Assembly (NCBI GenBank): GCA_017411405.1
Contig: JAFQQE010000014.1
Location: 67,735 to 131,734, forward strand
DNA length: 64,000 bases
DNA from: Bacilli bacterium
GTDB lineage: Bacteria; Bacillota_I; Bacilli_A; RF39; UBA660
Direction of reading: 5' to 3'
Program-made: the position numbers and the translations under genes
Part shown: positions 41,254-50,132 of the stretch, one piece after another
How the letters are laid out: each line of letters starts with the position of its first letter
How positions within the stretch are numbered: the first letter of the stretch is position 1
The notes under the pieces: generated by a model
What the model was told of the DNA's origin: nothing
The model's database searches: none
What the model saw: the letters and a program-made list of their open reading frames with translations, nothing else

Positions 41254-42159
41254 ATGAAATATTCTAATAAACTTCTAATTATCCTGACAAAAGAGTGTAA
41301 TAGAAATTGTGCTTTTTGCATAGATAGACCTAATCGCAAATACTATAAAGATTATAAACCTTTTATAGATTTAGAAACTATAAAAAATATATTAAAATTT
41401 GCAAAGGAAAATAATATCAAAACTATTGCTCTTAATGGTGGAGAACCAACTCTACATCCTCAAGTAGTTGAAATTGCTAAAATGGTTAAAAAGGCAGGTT
41501 TCTTTACAAAGATATTTACAAATTATGATTTTCCAGAAGTAGTAAAAAAACTAGATGGTATTATAGATATAATTAGAATATCATATTATGGACCTATGCA
41601 ATTACCAAATCAAAAAGACTTTAAATCAAAAATAACTTTAAAAATAATGTTAACAAAAGAAACATTTCCAACACTTCAAAGTCTAATAGATTTTGTTAAT
41701 GAGCATAGAAATGATTTTTATGATATAAAGATTCATACACTTATGCAAAATAATGATTATAGTATAAATGCACAAGTTGATTATCTAGATTCTTTAAGTG
41801 AACAATATCCTTTAAAAAGGAATGAAAAAGGAGATTATTATCACGATTTTATGGGATTTCAAATTGAAAGAGAAGATTTACCTAATATAGATTATGATAT
41901 TGAGCAAAGACTATATAAAGCCCATATGGATGGAACTATATCACATTATTTTGAAGAAGATCATTATGAAATTGGAGGACTAGACCAAGATTCACCATAT
42001 ACAAAAATTTTAAGAGCACATCGTAATGCTCAATATAGAGAAAATGTAAAACAAGCGTATGAAAATTGTTGCTTGGATTTTGATAATTTTGATAAATATT
42101 TACCACAAAAAAATCAAGAAGAAAAAGGTTATAGTCTAGTCAAGAAGAAAAAGAATTAA
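41254..42159 (+). CDS. Orphan radical SAM enzyme of unknown function
   Basis: 301 aa. CNRNCAFC (CX3CX2C) at aa 15-22 and the GGEPTLHP SAM motif. No SPASM/twitch cysteine cluster. GGGGG SD. Confidence 0.8.
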   Translation: MKYSNKLLIILTKECNRNCAFCIDRPNRKYYKDYKPFIDLETIKNILKFAKENNIKTIALNGGEPTLHPQVVEIAKMVKKAGFFTKIFTNYDFPEVVKKLDGIIDIIRISYYGPMQLPNQKDFKSKITLKIMLTKETFPTLQSLIDFVNEHRNDFYDIKIHTLMQNNDYSINAQVDYLDSLSEQYPLKRNEKGDYYHDFMGFQIEREDLPNIDYDIEQRLYKAHMDGTISHYFEEDHYEIGGLDQDSPYTKILRAHRNAQYRENVKQAYENCCLDFDNFDKYLPQKNQEEKGYSLVKKKKN

Positions 42160-42161
42160 AC

Positions 42162-42195
42162 AAAGTAGCACTAAATCATTGCTACTTTATTATTT
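42162..42195. terminator. Bidirectional terminator between convergent genes
   Basis: AAAGTAGCA-9 nt-TGCTACTTT with flanking A/T runs. Confidence 0.65.
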
Positions 42196-42245
42196 TATAT
42201 AATATAAAAGATTTAAAATTATATAAAGAAAAAGATGATTATGTT

Positions 42246-43187
42246 TTAATAATCTTTCTTTTGTTTTGTGATTAAATTAGTTATTTTACTTAAAACTCCC
42301 GCTAATTCTTTCGATTGTTTATCTTTATCATTTTCTGTTTGAACGTATTCTAGTTGCATATCAATAATAGCTTTTAAATATTCATAATATTCTTTGCTTT
42401 GTTCTTCTGACAATTCATGTATTCCGACACTTAAAATTCCATATAAGTTTTTTAATAAATTTTTAATTCGTGGGTCAAAATAATCTTTTACAGCATCTAT
42501 TTTAGTATCCATGTGGTCATCTTTTAATTCTGTTTTCCCTAAATATTGATTTATCATTTTTTCAAATATTCTTCTTAAATATGCATAAGCGCCTACATGA
42601 AAATGATCAGCATTAGATAAATCTGCCTTTTTATAATCTTCATAAGCATCTAATTTTTCTAAAACTTTTTTATATTTGTCAAAATCAAATCCTTTAACCG
42701 TTAGCATTGATGGATTTTGTCCAATTTTTCTAACAATAAAATTTCCATCTTTTAATTCAATTGATATCATCATCATATATTTATGACTGCCATTACGAGT
42801 ACAATTGAAAAAATAATTCATATACCAAATTTTATTATTAACTAATAATTCTTTATCATAAGGTGGAACTAAACCAAGTATAATTCCATCACTAATACTT
42901 ATTCTTCCAGGATTTTGTCCATCTTTATCAGCAACAATCATATAATAATCCGTATCTTTAAAATATTTTGTAAATTCAAATAATTCTGTTTTGTAACTAA
43001 ACGGAAATTCTTTTTTGCATAAATGACAATAACTAACTAACTTATCTTGTCCATAACCGACATAATAAATAAATCTTAGAAATTCTTTTTTATCATATTC
43101 ATATTTTCCATCGTTTAATACAAAAATTTTAAAAACTTCTTTAGTATATAATGAAGTTTCGTTAAACAAATAATTTATACCATTCAT
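42246..43187 (-). CDS. Hypothetical protein with DUF4145-like C-terminal helical domain
   Basis: 313 aa, GGAGGA SD. N-terminal region with CHLC. C-terminal HVGAYAYLRRIFEKMINQ...LKNLYGILSVGIHE resembles DUF4145. Confidence 0.5.
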   Translation of the reverse strand: MNGINYLFNETSLYTKEVFKIFVLNDGKYEYDKKEFLRFIYYVGYGQDKLVSYCHLCKKEFPFSYKTELFEFTKYFKDTDYYMIVADKDGQNPGRISISDGIILGLVPPYDKELLVNNKIWYMNYFFNCTRNGSHKYMMMISIELKDGNFIVRKIGQNPSMLTVKGFDFDKYKKVLEKLDAYEDYKKADLSNADHFHVGAYAYLRRIFEKMINQYLGKTELKDDHMDTKIDAVKDYFDPRIKNLLKNLYGILSVGIHELSEEQSKEYYEYLKAIIDMQLEYVQTENDKDKQSKELAGVLSKITNLITKQKKDY

Positions 43188-43336
43188 ATTTATGTCCTCC
43201 TAAATATTCCTTTTTTCAGGTTATATATAATTTATTATATCATTTTTTTGAATAAATTTCTTTAAATCTATTTAATAATATAGAAATTTATGATACTATG
43301 TTTATAGAGATTAGTTATTTATTAACTGATTACTTA

Positions 43337-43370
43337 GGTTTCGGATATACTATATCCTCGTACCATATGA
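43337..43370 (+). repeat. Degenerate copy of the tRNA-Met 3' end (att-like remnant)
   Basis: GGTTTCGGAT...CCTCGTACCATATGA compared with GGTTCGAAT...CTCGCTACCATAAGGA of the tRNA. By-eye alignment. Confidence 0.45.
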
Positions 43371-43375
43371 AAAAC

Positions 43376-43406
43376 AAACTTGAATGCATATTCAAGTTTT
43401 TTATTT
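43376..43406 (+). terminator. Strong rho-independent terminator after the tRNA-end remnant
   Basis: AAACTTGAAT-gcat-ATTCAAGTTT perfect 10-bp stem followed by TTTTATTTT. No + strand CDS lies upstream of it. Confidence 0.7.
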
Positions 43407-43451
43407 TCTTTTGTATTAAAATATCATATAATAATTAAAAGGAGAAAATAT

Positions 43452-44042
43452 ATGAATAAAATATTAAATAAAATATCACAAGGAATGTATATACTAACGA
43501 CTAAAAATGGCGGATGTTGTGTAGATTCGGTTAGTCAAATAAGTAGTGGTGATAACCCACTAATTGCAGTAGCTGTTATGAAAGGAAATTACACCAATAA
43601 ATTAATGAAAGAAAATAATACATTTGCTTTATCAATAATAGGTACTAATACAGATACCTCTGTAATTAAAACTTATGGAATGAATTCTTCTAAAGACTAT
43701 AACAAATTTGAAAACTCAGATACCATAGTTATTGATAATTTGCATATTATAAAAAATTCTCTAGGTTATATTATATGTGATAAAGTAAATGCTATCGAAA
43801 ATGAAACACATACACTATTTATTGGTAAAGTTATAAAAAGTGAACTATATAAAGATGATGAACCAATGACATATCAATACTATCAAAATCATAAAGAAGA
43901 TTTAATAAATATTGAACTATCTAATGGAGAAAAAGCTTGGATTTGTACAATTTGCGGATATATTTACTACGGAGATAATTTACCAGATGATTACAAGTGT
44001 CCAATATGTAAAGTCGATAAAAATTTATTTAAATTAAAATAA
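43452..44042 (+). CDS. Flavin reductase-like domain fused to a C-terminal rubredoxin
   Basis: N-terminal flavin-reductase-like domain (SQGMYILTTKNGG..). C-terminus WICTICGYIY..DDYKCPICKV is a rubredoxin CxxC..CxxC. AAGGAG SD before the ATG at 43452. Confidence 0.65.
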   Translation: MNKILNKISQGMYILTTKNGGCCVDSVSQISSGDNPLIAVAVMKGNYTNKLMKENNTFALSIIGTNTDTSVIKTYGMNSSKDYNKFENSDTIVIDNLHIIKNSLGYIICDKVNAIENETHTLFIGKVIKSELYKDDEPMTYQYYQNHKEDLINIELSNGEKAWICTICGYIYYGDNLPDDYKCPICKVDKNLFKLK

Positions 44043-44045
44043 TGA

Positions 44046-44693
44046 TTATTCAAAATCATTATCATCATATAAATTAAGAGTTATTCTCTTATTTTTTATT
44101 TCAATTAAACCTTCTTCTTTTAAATTCTTAAGTTCTCTATGCATACTAGTTCTATCTACAGATAAATAATCAGCTAAATCAGTAAAAGTATAGGGTAAAT
44201 ATAATATATTTGATTTATTTTTTTTGGACATTATTTTAAAATAAGACAATAGTTTATTTCTAGTTGTTTTATTAGATAGTATTTCTATTCTTACATTATT
44301 TGCATTAATTTTATTTGACATAATATTTAACAGATTCTTAATAAATTGCATATAAGATTGTTCTACAAAATTAGCTTTTATAATTTCATCAAAATATATA
44401 ATTATTATTTTAGAATCCTCCTTAGTTACAATACTATATTCACTACTAGAAATACTAGACATAGTAGTACCAAATATAGAATTATCATATAGATCATCTA
44501 TAATTACTTTATTACCATTATAATCATTCTTTATTATTTGTAAATAACCACTTACTAAGACACCTATAATATTTTCTTGCTTTACACTCGATAATATTGT
44601 TTTATTTTTTTGAAAATTAAATGTATTTGCCTCTAAATTACGTAATATTTTTTCTTTTTCATCATCACTTATATTATAAAATAGATCATTCAT
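44046..44693 (-). CDS. Crp/Fnr-family transcriptional regulator
   Basis: cNMP-binding-like beta-roll followed by the C-terminal HTH FTDLADYLSVDRTSMHRELKNLKEEGLI. ATG at 44693 (GAAGGTG SD) preferred over 44750. Confidence 0.75.
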   Translation of the reverse strand: MNDLFYNISDDEKEKILRNLEANTFNFQKNKTILSSVKQENIIGVLVSGYLQIIKNDYNGNKVIIDDLYDNSIFGTTMSSISSSEYSIVTKEDSKIIIIYFDEIIKANFVEQSYMQFIKNLLNIMSNKINANNVRIEILSNKTTRNKLLSYFKIMSKKNKSNILYLPYTFTDLADYLSVDRTSMHRELKNLKEEGLIEIKNKRITLNLYDDNDFE

Positions 44694-44732
44694 ATTTACA
44701 CCTTCTATATAAATTTTATCATTTTTTAAATA

Positions 44733-44750
44733 ATGTTGCAATTGCAACAT
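44733..44750. promoter_or_regulatory. Perfect 18-bp palindrome, candidate Crp/Fnr-type operator
   Basis: ATGTTGCAATTGCAACAT. The inner TGTTG-N6-CAACA has CRP-like 5-6-5 geometry. Lies in the divergent crp/fnr-nrdD intergenic region. Confidence 0.45.
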
Positions 44751-44802
44751 GTTAATATTTTTATTTATTGTACAATGTTAATGTAGGAAGGATAGAAGTG
44801 AA

Positions 44803-46962
44803 ATGAAGGTTATAAAAAGAGATGGACATATGGTAGATTTTTGTCCTGAAAAAATAGAAATAGCAATTAAAAAAGCAAATAATGAGGTAGAAGAAGAAGA
44901 ACAAGCTTCATCTACTCAAATAAAGAATATAGTAAAATATATAGAAAAATTAGGTAAAAAAAGAATACTTGTAGAAGATATACAAGATATTATTGAAATG
45001 AAATTAATGACTATAGGTAAGTACGAACTTGCAAAAAAATATATTACATATAGATACACTAGAGAATTAGTAAGACGTAGTAATACTACAGACTTAGCTA
45101 TAAAAGAATTAATAGATGGAGAAAACGAATATTGGAATACAGAAAATTCTAATAAAAATGCTAAAGTAGTTACAACACAAAGAGATTATTTAGCAGGAAT
45201 AACATCAACTGATATAACTAGAAGGTTTTTACTGCCTGAAGATATTGTAAATGCACATGACGAAGGTGTTATTCACTTTCATGATGCAGATTATTTTGCA
45301 CAAAATGCATTACATAATTGTGATTTAATTAATTTAGAAGATATGTTGCAAAACGGTACAACAATAAATGGAGTAATGATAGAAAAACCACATAGATTTC
45401 TAACAGCAATGACTATTGCAACACAATTAATTACAGCAGTATCATCAAGCCAATATGGAGGATGTACTATTACATTAACTCATTTAGCACCATTTGTAAG
45501 AGAAAGTTACAATAGATATTTAAAAAAATATGAAGATAGAGGATTTAAAAAAGCAGATGTAGAAAAATATGCTAAAGAAGATTTAGCAAAAGAGATTACA
45601 GATGGAGTACAAACATTCCAATATCAAATAAATTCAATGACTACAACAAATGGTCAAGCGCCATTCTTAAGCGTATGTTTATATTTAGGCGAAACTAAAG
45701 AATATAAAGAAGAATTAGCAATGTTAATTGAAGAATTTTTAAAACAAAGAATAGAAGGAATGAAAAACGAAAAGGGTGTATTTATAACTCCTGCATTCCC
45801 TAAATTATTATATGTTTTAGAAGAAGATAACATTAATAAAGATAGCAAATACTACTATTTAACTGAATTAGCCGCAAAATGTACAGCAAAACGTATGGTT
45901 CCTGATTATATTTCTGAAAAAGTAATGAAAGAATTGAAAATAAATGCTAATGGAGATGGTGATTGTTATCCTTGTATGGGATGTCGTTCATTCTTAACTC
46001 CTTACGTAGATGAGTCAGGGAAACCTAAATATTATGGAAGATTTAATCAAGGTGTTGTTACAATTAACTTGGTAGACGTTGCTCTAACTGCTGACAAAGA
46101 TTTTGACTTATTCTGGAATGTATTTGAAGAAAGATTGGAATTATGTCATAGAGCATTACAAATTAGACATAAAAGATTAAGTAAAGCTACAAGTGATGTT
46201 GCTCCAATTTTATGGCAACACGGAGCTCTAGCACGTCTAGGTAAAGGCGAATCAATTCATGAACTATTACATAATGGTTATTCAACAATATCATTAGGAT
46301 ATGCTGGATTATATGAATGTGTTAAATTCATGACAGGAAATAGCCATACAGATAATGGAGTAGGTAAAGAATTTGCCATTAAAGTAATGCAAAAAATGAA
46401 TGATAAATGTAAAGAATGGAAAGAAACTGAAAAAATAGATTATAGTGTATATGGTACACCAATTGAATCTACTACATATAAGTTCTCAAAATGTTTAAGA
46501 GAAAGATTTGGAGTAGTAAAAGGAATAACTGATAGAGATTATATTACAAATTCTTATCATGTACCAGTATTCGAAGAAATAGACGCATTTACTAAATTAA
46601 AATTAGAAAGTGAATTCCAAAAACTATCACCAGGTGGAGCTATATCATACATTGAAACTCCTAATTTAACTAATAATATAGATGTAATATTAGAAGTTAT
46701 TCATTTCATATATGAAAATATAATGTATGCTGAATTAAATACAAAATCTGATTATTGCCAAGAATGTGGTTTTGATGGAGAAATCTTAATAGATGAAAAC
46801 TTAGAATGGTATTGTCCTAATTGTGGTAATAGAAACCATGATAAATTAAATGTAGCTAGACGTACATGTGGTTACATCGGAACAAATTTCTGGAATAAAG
46901 GAAGAACACAAGAAATTAAAGAAAGAGTAATACATTTAGATAACAAAGACGCAGAGGAATAA
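44803..46962 (+). CDS. nrdD: Anaerobic ribonucleoside-triphosphate reductase (class III)
   Basis: 719 aa. N-terminal ATP-cone (VIKRDGHMVDF), C-terminal Zn cysteines (CQECG..CPNCG) and glycyl-radical motif RRTCGYIG. Confidence 0.95.
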   Translation: MKVIKRDGHMVDFCPEKIEIAIKKANNEVEEEEQASSTQIKNIVKYIEKLGKKRILVEDIQDIIEMKLMTIGKYELAKKYITYRYTRELVRRSNTTDLAIKELIDGENEYWNTENSNKNAKVVTTQRDYLAGITSTDITRRFLLPEDIVNAHDEGVIHFHDADYFAQNALHNCDLINLEDMLQNGTTINGVMIEKPHRFLTAMTIATQLITAVSSSQYGGCTITLTHLAPFVRESYNRYLKKYEDRGFKKADVEKYAKEDLAKEITDGVQTFQYQINSMTTTNGQAPFLSVCLYLGETKEYKEELAMLIEEFLKQRIEGMKNEKGVFITPAFPKLLYVLEEDNINKDSKYYYLTELAAKCTAKRMVPDYISEKVMKELKINANGDGDCYPCMGCRSFLTPYVDESGKPKYYGRFNQGVVTINLVDVALTADKDFDLFWNVFEERLELCHRALQIRHKRLSKATSDVAPILWQHGALARLGKGESIHELLHNGYSTISLGYAGLYECVKFMTGNSHTDNGVGKEFAIKVMQKMNDKCKEWKETEKIDYSVYGTPIESTTYKFSKCLRERFGVVKGITDRDYITNSYHVPVFEEIDAFTKLKLESEFQKLSPGGAISYIETPNLTNNIDVILEVIHFIYENIMYAELNTKSDYCQECGFDGEILIDENLEWYCPNCGNRNHDKLNVARRTCGYIGTNFWNKGRTQEIKERVIHLDNKDAEE

Positions 46963-46963
46963 A

Positions 46964-47458
46964 ATGAGATATCATAAAATCAGAAAAATGGATGTATCTA
47001 ACGGCCCTGGTATAAGAGTATCAATATTTATGCAAGGGTGTACATTTAATTGCAAAAATTGTTTTAATCCTGAAACTCATGACTTTAATGGAGGAAAAGA
47101 ATTTACTAATGAAACAATTGATAAAATATTAGAACTAGCTAAAGAAGAGTATATCGAAGGATTATCAATATTAGGTGGAGAACCGTTACATCCTAAAAAT
47201 TTAAAAGCAACAACAGAATTAGCTAAAAGATTCAAAGAAATTTATCCAAATAAATCTATATGGCTATGGACAGGTTTTCTATATGATTATGATATAAAAG
47301 ATAAAGAAATAGTAAAATATATAGATGTATTAATAGATGGACAATATAAAGATGAATTAAGTAATCCTACTCTTAAGTGGAGAGGGTCATCAAATCAAAG
47401 AGTTATAAATATTAAAGAAACATTAAATAAAAATAAAATAGTTTTAGAAAGCGAGTAA
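46964..47458 (+). CDS. nrdG: Anaerobic ribonucleotide reductase activating protein (radical SAM)
   Basis: DVSNGPGIRVSIFMQGCTFNCKNCFNPETH. Follows nrdD. Confidence 0.93.
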   Translation: MRYHKIRKMDVSNGPGIRVSIFMQGCTFNCKNCFNPETHDFNGGKEFTNETIDKILELAKEEYIEGLSILGGEPLHPKNLKATTELAKRFKEIYPNKSIWLWTGFLYDYDIKDKEIVKYIDVLIDGQYKDELSNPTLKWRGSSNQRVINIKETLNKNKIVLESE

Positions 47459-47459
47459 T

Positions 47460-47918
47460 ATGAAAACAAGAGGATTTGAAATAGCTGCTGGTTGGGAAGA
47501 TAAAGGAATAAATCTTCCAATAAGAAAAACTACCAATTCTGCAGCTTACGATATTGAAGCAGCAGAAGATACGGTTTTACCAGTGTTTAAAATAGGAGAT
47601 AAACCAACTTTAATAAAAACAGGCTTAAAAGCTTATATGCAAAGTGATGAAGTGCTTATAGTAGTACCTAGAAGTTCTGGACCTAAAAAACAAGGAATTT
47701 TATTTCCACATAGCATGGGAGTTATAGACTCTGACTACTATGGAAACATTGATAACGACGGACATATATTTATACAATGTATTAATATAAAAGATGAAGA
47801 GGTCTATATAAAAAAAGGAGAACCAATTGCTCAAGCTATGTTCCAAAAATATTTAACAACAGACAATGATAATGCAACAGGAACAAGAATAGGTGGATTT
47901 GGTTCTACGGATAAATAA
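47460..47918 (+). CDS. dut: dUTP diphosphatase (YncF/YosS-type)
   Basis: AAYDIEAAED, VPRSSGPKK, MGVIDSDYYG, KGEPIAQ, RIGGFGSTDK motifs. Confidence 0.85.
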   Translation: MKTRGFEIAAGWEDKGINLPIRKTTNSAAYDIEAAEDTVLPVFKIGDKPTLIKTGLKAYMQSDEVLIVVPRSSGPKKQGILFPHSMGVIDSDYYGNIDNDGHIFIQCINIKDEEVYIKKGEPIAQAMFQKYLTTDNDNATGTRIGGFGSTDK

Positions 47919-47942
47919 AAGGTGTGTAAACACCTTTTTTTA
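47918..47942 (+). terminator. Rho-independent terminator after dut
   Basis: AAAGGTG-tgtaaa-CACCTTT followed by a T-run. Confidence 0.75.
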
Positions 47943-47981
47943 TAGAAAAAATAAGAAATAATATAATTATTTCCTATAATT

Positions 47982-48227
47982 TTAATCTTTAGTAAAAAAT
48001 TCTTTAATATCTATCTCTAAAACATCTGCAATTCTTCCTAATGTTACTATACTAAAACTTTTATTTTTAGTAGGACTTTCTATTTCACATATGTAATCTA
48101 CAGATAAATCTGCAGCTTCTGCTAACTGTTGTTGCGTTAAATGTTTTTCCTTACGATATTTTTTAATATTTTTTCTAATTACATTATAATAATGATCATT
48201 TGAATTATAATAGGACACTAAAATCAA
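47982..48227 (-). CDS. XRE-family helix-turn-helix transcriptional regulator
   Basis: 81 aa. IRKNIKKYRKEKHLTQQQLAEAADLSVDYICEIE is a canonical HTH_3 pattern. Confidence 0.8.
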   Translation of the reverse strand: MILVSYYNSNDHYYNVIRKNIKKYRKEKHLTQQQLAEAADLSVDYICEIESPTKNKSFSIVTLGRIADVLEIDIKEFFTKD

Positions 48228-48323
48228 CCCTTTTCTAATTAATATTTTCTCAAAAAGTCTGTTAATAGGGAACGGGCCTATAGTACAGGTATAATTATTA
48301 TGTGTCCATATTTATAATTTTAT

Positions 48324-49028
48324 TCAATATTCTTTGTTTTCTTTTAAAAACTTTTTATATATCTTTAGCATAGCTCTTTTTTCTATTCTTGATACATAAC
48401 TTCTAGATATATTTAATTGTTCAGATATTTCTTTTTGAGTAAGTTCATCATTATTAAATAGTCCATATCTTTTTATAATAATTTCTTTTTCTCTTTTATT
48501 TAATATGTTTAAATATTTTATTAAAGTCTCTATAGAATCCTTATTATGTATCTTGGTTAATATATCTTCTTCATCACTTTTAATTACATCAATTAAGTTA
48601 ATTTCATTGCCATCTTTGTCAAAACCTATAGAATCATTCAAACTAACATCATTAATTCTCTTTTTATTATTTCTAAAATACATTAATATTTCATTTTGAA
48701 TACATTTAGCGCAATAAGTTGTAAGTTTTATATTCTTATCATGTTTAAAACTATCTATACCTTTTATTAAGCCAATTGTTCCAATACTAATAAGATCATC
48801 ACTTTCTTTTTCTTTAGTATCATACTTTTTAACAATGTGAGCAACTAATCTTAAATTATGTTCTATTAACTTTGCTCTTGCTTCTTTATCACCTAATTTT
48901 AATCTATTTAAACATTCATTTTCTTCATTTTCTTTTAATGGTTCAGGAAATATATTAATAGAATAACTCCCAGTAAAAAAAAACATACTTTTAAATAAAT
49001 TTAATAAACTTAATATCATATTTATCAC
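48324..49028 (-). CDS. sigK: Sporulation sigma factor SigK (pro-sigma-K), uninterrupted
   Basis: Pro-sequence-like N-terminus ..FFFTGSYSINIFPEPL (compare FLVSYVKNNAFPQPL), LIEHNLRLVAHIVKKY, DLISIGTIGLIKGIDSF, DSIGFDKDGNEINLIDVI. Single 234-aa ORF. Confidence 0.85.
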   Translation of the reverse strand: MINMILSLLNLFKSMFFFTGSYSINIFPEPLKENEENECLNRLKLGDKEARAKLIEHNLRLVAHIVKKYDTKEKESDDLISIGTIGLIKGIDSFKHDKNIKLTTYCAKCIQNEILMYFRNNKKRINDVSLNDSIGFDKDGNEINLIDVIKSDEEDILTKIHNKDSIETLIKYLNILNKREKEIIIKRYGLFNNDELTQKEISEQLNISRSYVSRIEKRAMLKIYKKFLKENKEY

Positions 49029-49127
49029 CCATTAAATTATATATGAAATATATTTTTTAATAACAAAATTTGACAAAATTCACATATTATAGTAGTATAT
49101 AATGCTCAAAGAAAGGGGATTTTATTA

Positions 49128-50072
49128 ATGAAAAAAGATTTACAATATGAAAAAGCAGAAGCAAAAATTATTTTATTAAAAGACTTTATAACAGATATTA
49201 TTGAATATAATAATATAACTGACTATTATAACGTTAAAGAATATAATATTTTAATTGATTATACTAAAGATACTAATTATCATTATACTGTTAAAATTAT
49301 GAGAGGTACTAATAAACCTGAGAAAAAATTTGAATTAAGATTTGAAAGTCAAAATAAAATTAACAACATATTAGGTATATTATTAAATAGCTTAAAAGAA
49401 AATAAATACTTTAGTTATACATCAAAGAAAAAGAAAGAATTTAGTATAAATTATGATGAATATGTAATGAATTTTAAAAATAATGTAAAATTATCTTTTC
49501 CAATAAAAGATGAAGAAGATTTAAATTTTTATAGTTTATTTGAAGAAGAATTAGGTAAGAAAAAAGTTATATTAAGTGAAACTAATATAGAAAATTATGA
49601 AAATTTATTAGATATTATTCAAGGTAAAAAAGCTATAAAAATCATTCAGTTAGTAAAAAATTTATTATTAAATCTTTATAATTATAATAATATAGAGAAT
49701 TATGATAATATAAAACCATGGACACTAAAAGTAATTAATAAATATGATAATAATAAAGAATCTTATGTATATAGTTTTATAATAGAACGTGGAAATATTA
49801 ATCCAGAAAAAATGTTCGAAATGAATATTTCAATTTTAGACACTAATATAATTTATAATGAAATATATGACTTATTAAAAGAATTCATTTCTAAAGAAGA
49901 AGTTGGATCTAATACTATAACAGAAAACAAACTATCAATAAAATTAAATAATGGTATTGAATTAAAGTTTGAATTTAATAATAAAAAAGATCAAACATTC
50001 TATAATGCGTTCTATCAAGAACATAAAAAAACTAATAATGTTATTAATACTAAACTACTTATAAAAAAATAG
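49128..50072 (+). CDS. Hypothetical protein built from two tandem ~150-aa repeats
   Basis: YHYTVKIMRGTNKPEKKFELRF / YVYSFIIERGNINPEKMFEMNI and VKLSFPIKDEEDLNFYSLFEEE / IELKFEFNNKKDQTFYNAFYQE align between the two halves. Confidence 0.5.
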   Translation: MKKDLQYEKAEAKIILLKDFITDIIEYNNITDYYNVKEYNILIDYTKDTNYHYTVKIMRGTNKPEKKFELRFESQNKINNILGILLNSLKENKYFSYTSKKKKEFSINYDEYVMNFKNNVKLSFPIKDEEDLNFYSLFEEELGKKKVILSETNIENYENLLDIIQGKKAIKIIQLVKNLLLNLYNYNNIENYDNIKPWTLKVINKYDNNKESYVYSFIIERGNINPEKMFEMNISILDTNIIYNEIYDLLKEFISKEEVGSNTITENKLSIKLNNGIELKFEFNNKKDQTFYNAFYQEHKKTNNVINTKLLIKK

Positions 50073-50132
50073 TTTAGTTTTTTTTGACTTTTAATAATTT
50101 TATTATATAATAAGACTTAAGGAAGTGGTTTT

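Larger units (their letters stand above)
40340..43370. mobile_element. Decayed integrative islet at tRNA-Met (recombinase fragment plus cargo, bounded by a degenerate tRNA 3'-end repeat)
   Basis: The tRNA 3' end and following sequence (40314-40358) recur imperfectly at 43337-43385. The content differs from the flanking housekeeping genes. Confidence 0.5.

Noticed and set aside
43290-43406. Structured non-coding stretch (hairpins GGATAT-act-ATATCC and AAACTTGAAT..ATTCAAGTTT plus a U-run) upstream of the flavoprotein gene, which first looked like a riboswitch or attenuator.
   Set aside because: It matches no riboswitch class I recognise. The similarity to the 3' half of tRNA-Met plus a terminator explains it better as a displaced tRNA end (att remnant).
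44694-44802. NrdR boxes upstream of nrdD.
   Set aside because: I could not find a tandem pair resembling the acaCwAtATaTwGtgt consensus. Only the TGTTG-N6-CAACA palindrome stands out.
48324-49028. Possibility that sigK is interrupted by a skin-like element, given a serine recombinase fragment ~7 kb away.
   Set aside because: sigK is one continuous 234-aa ORF running from the pro-sequence to the region-4 HTH. The recombinase fragment belongs to the tRNA-Met islet.
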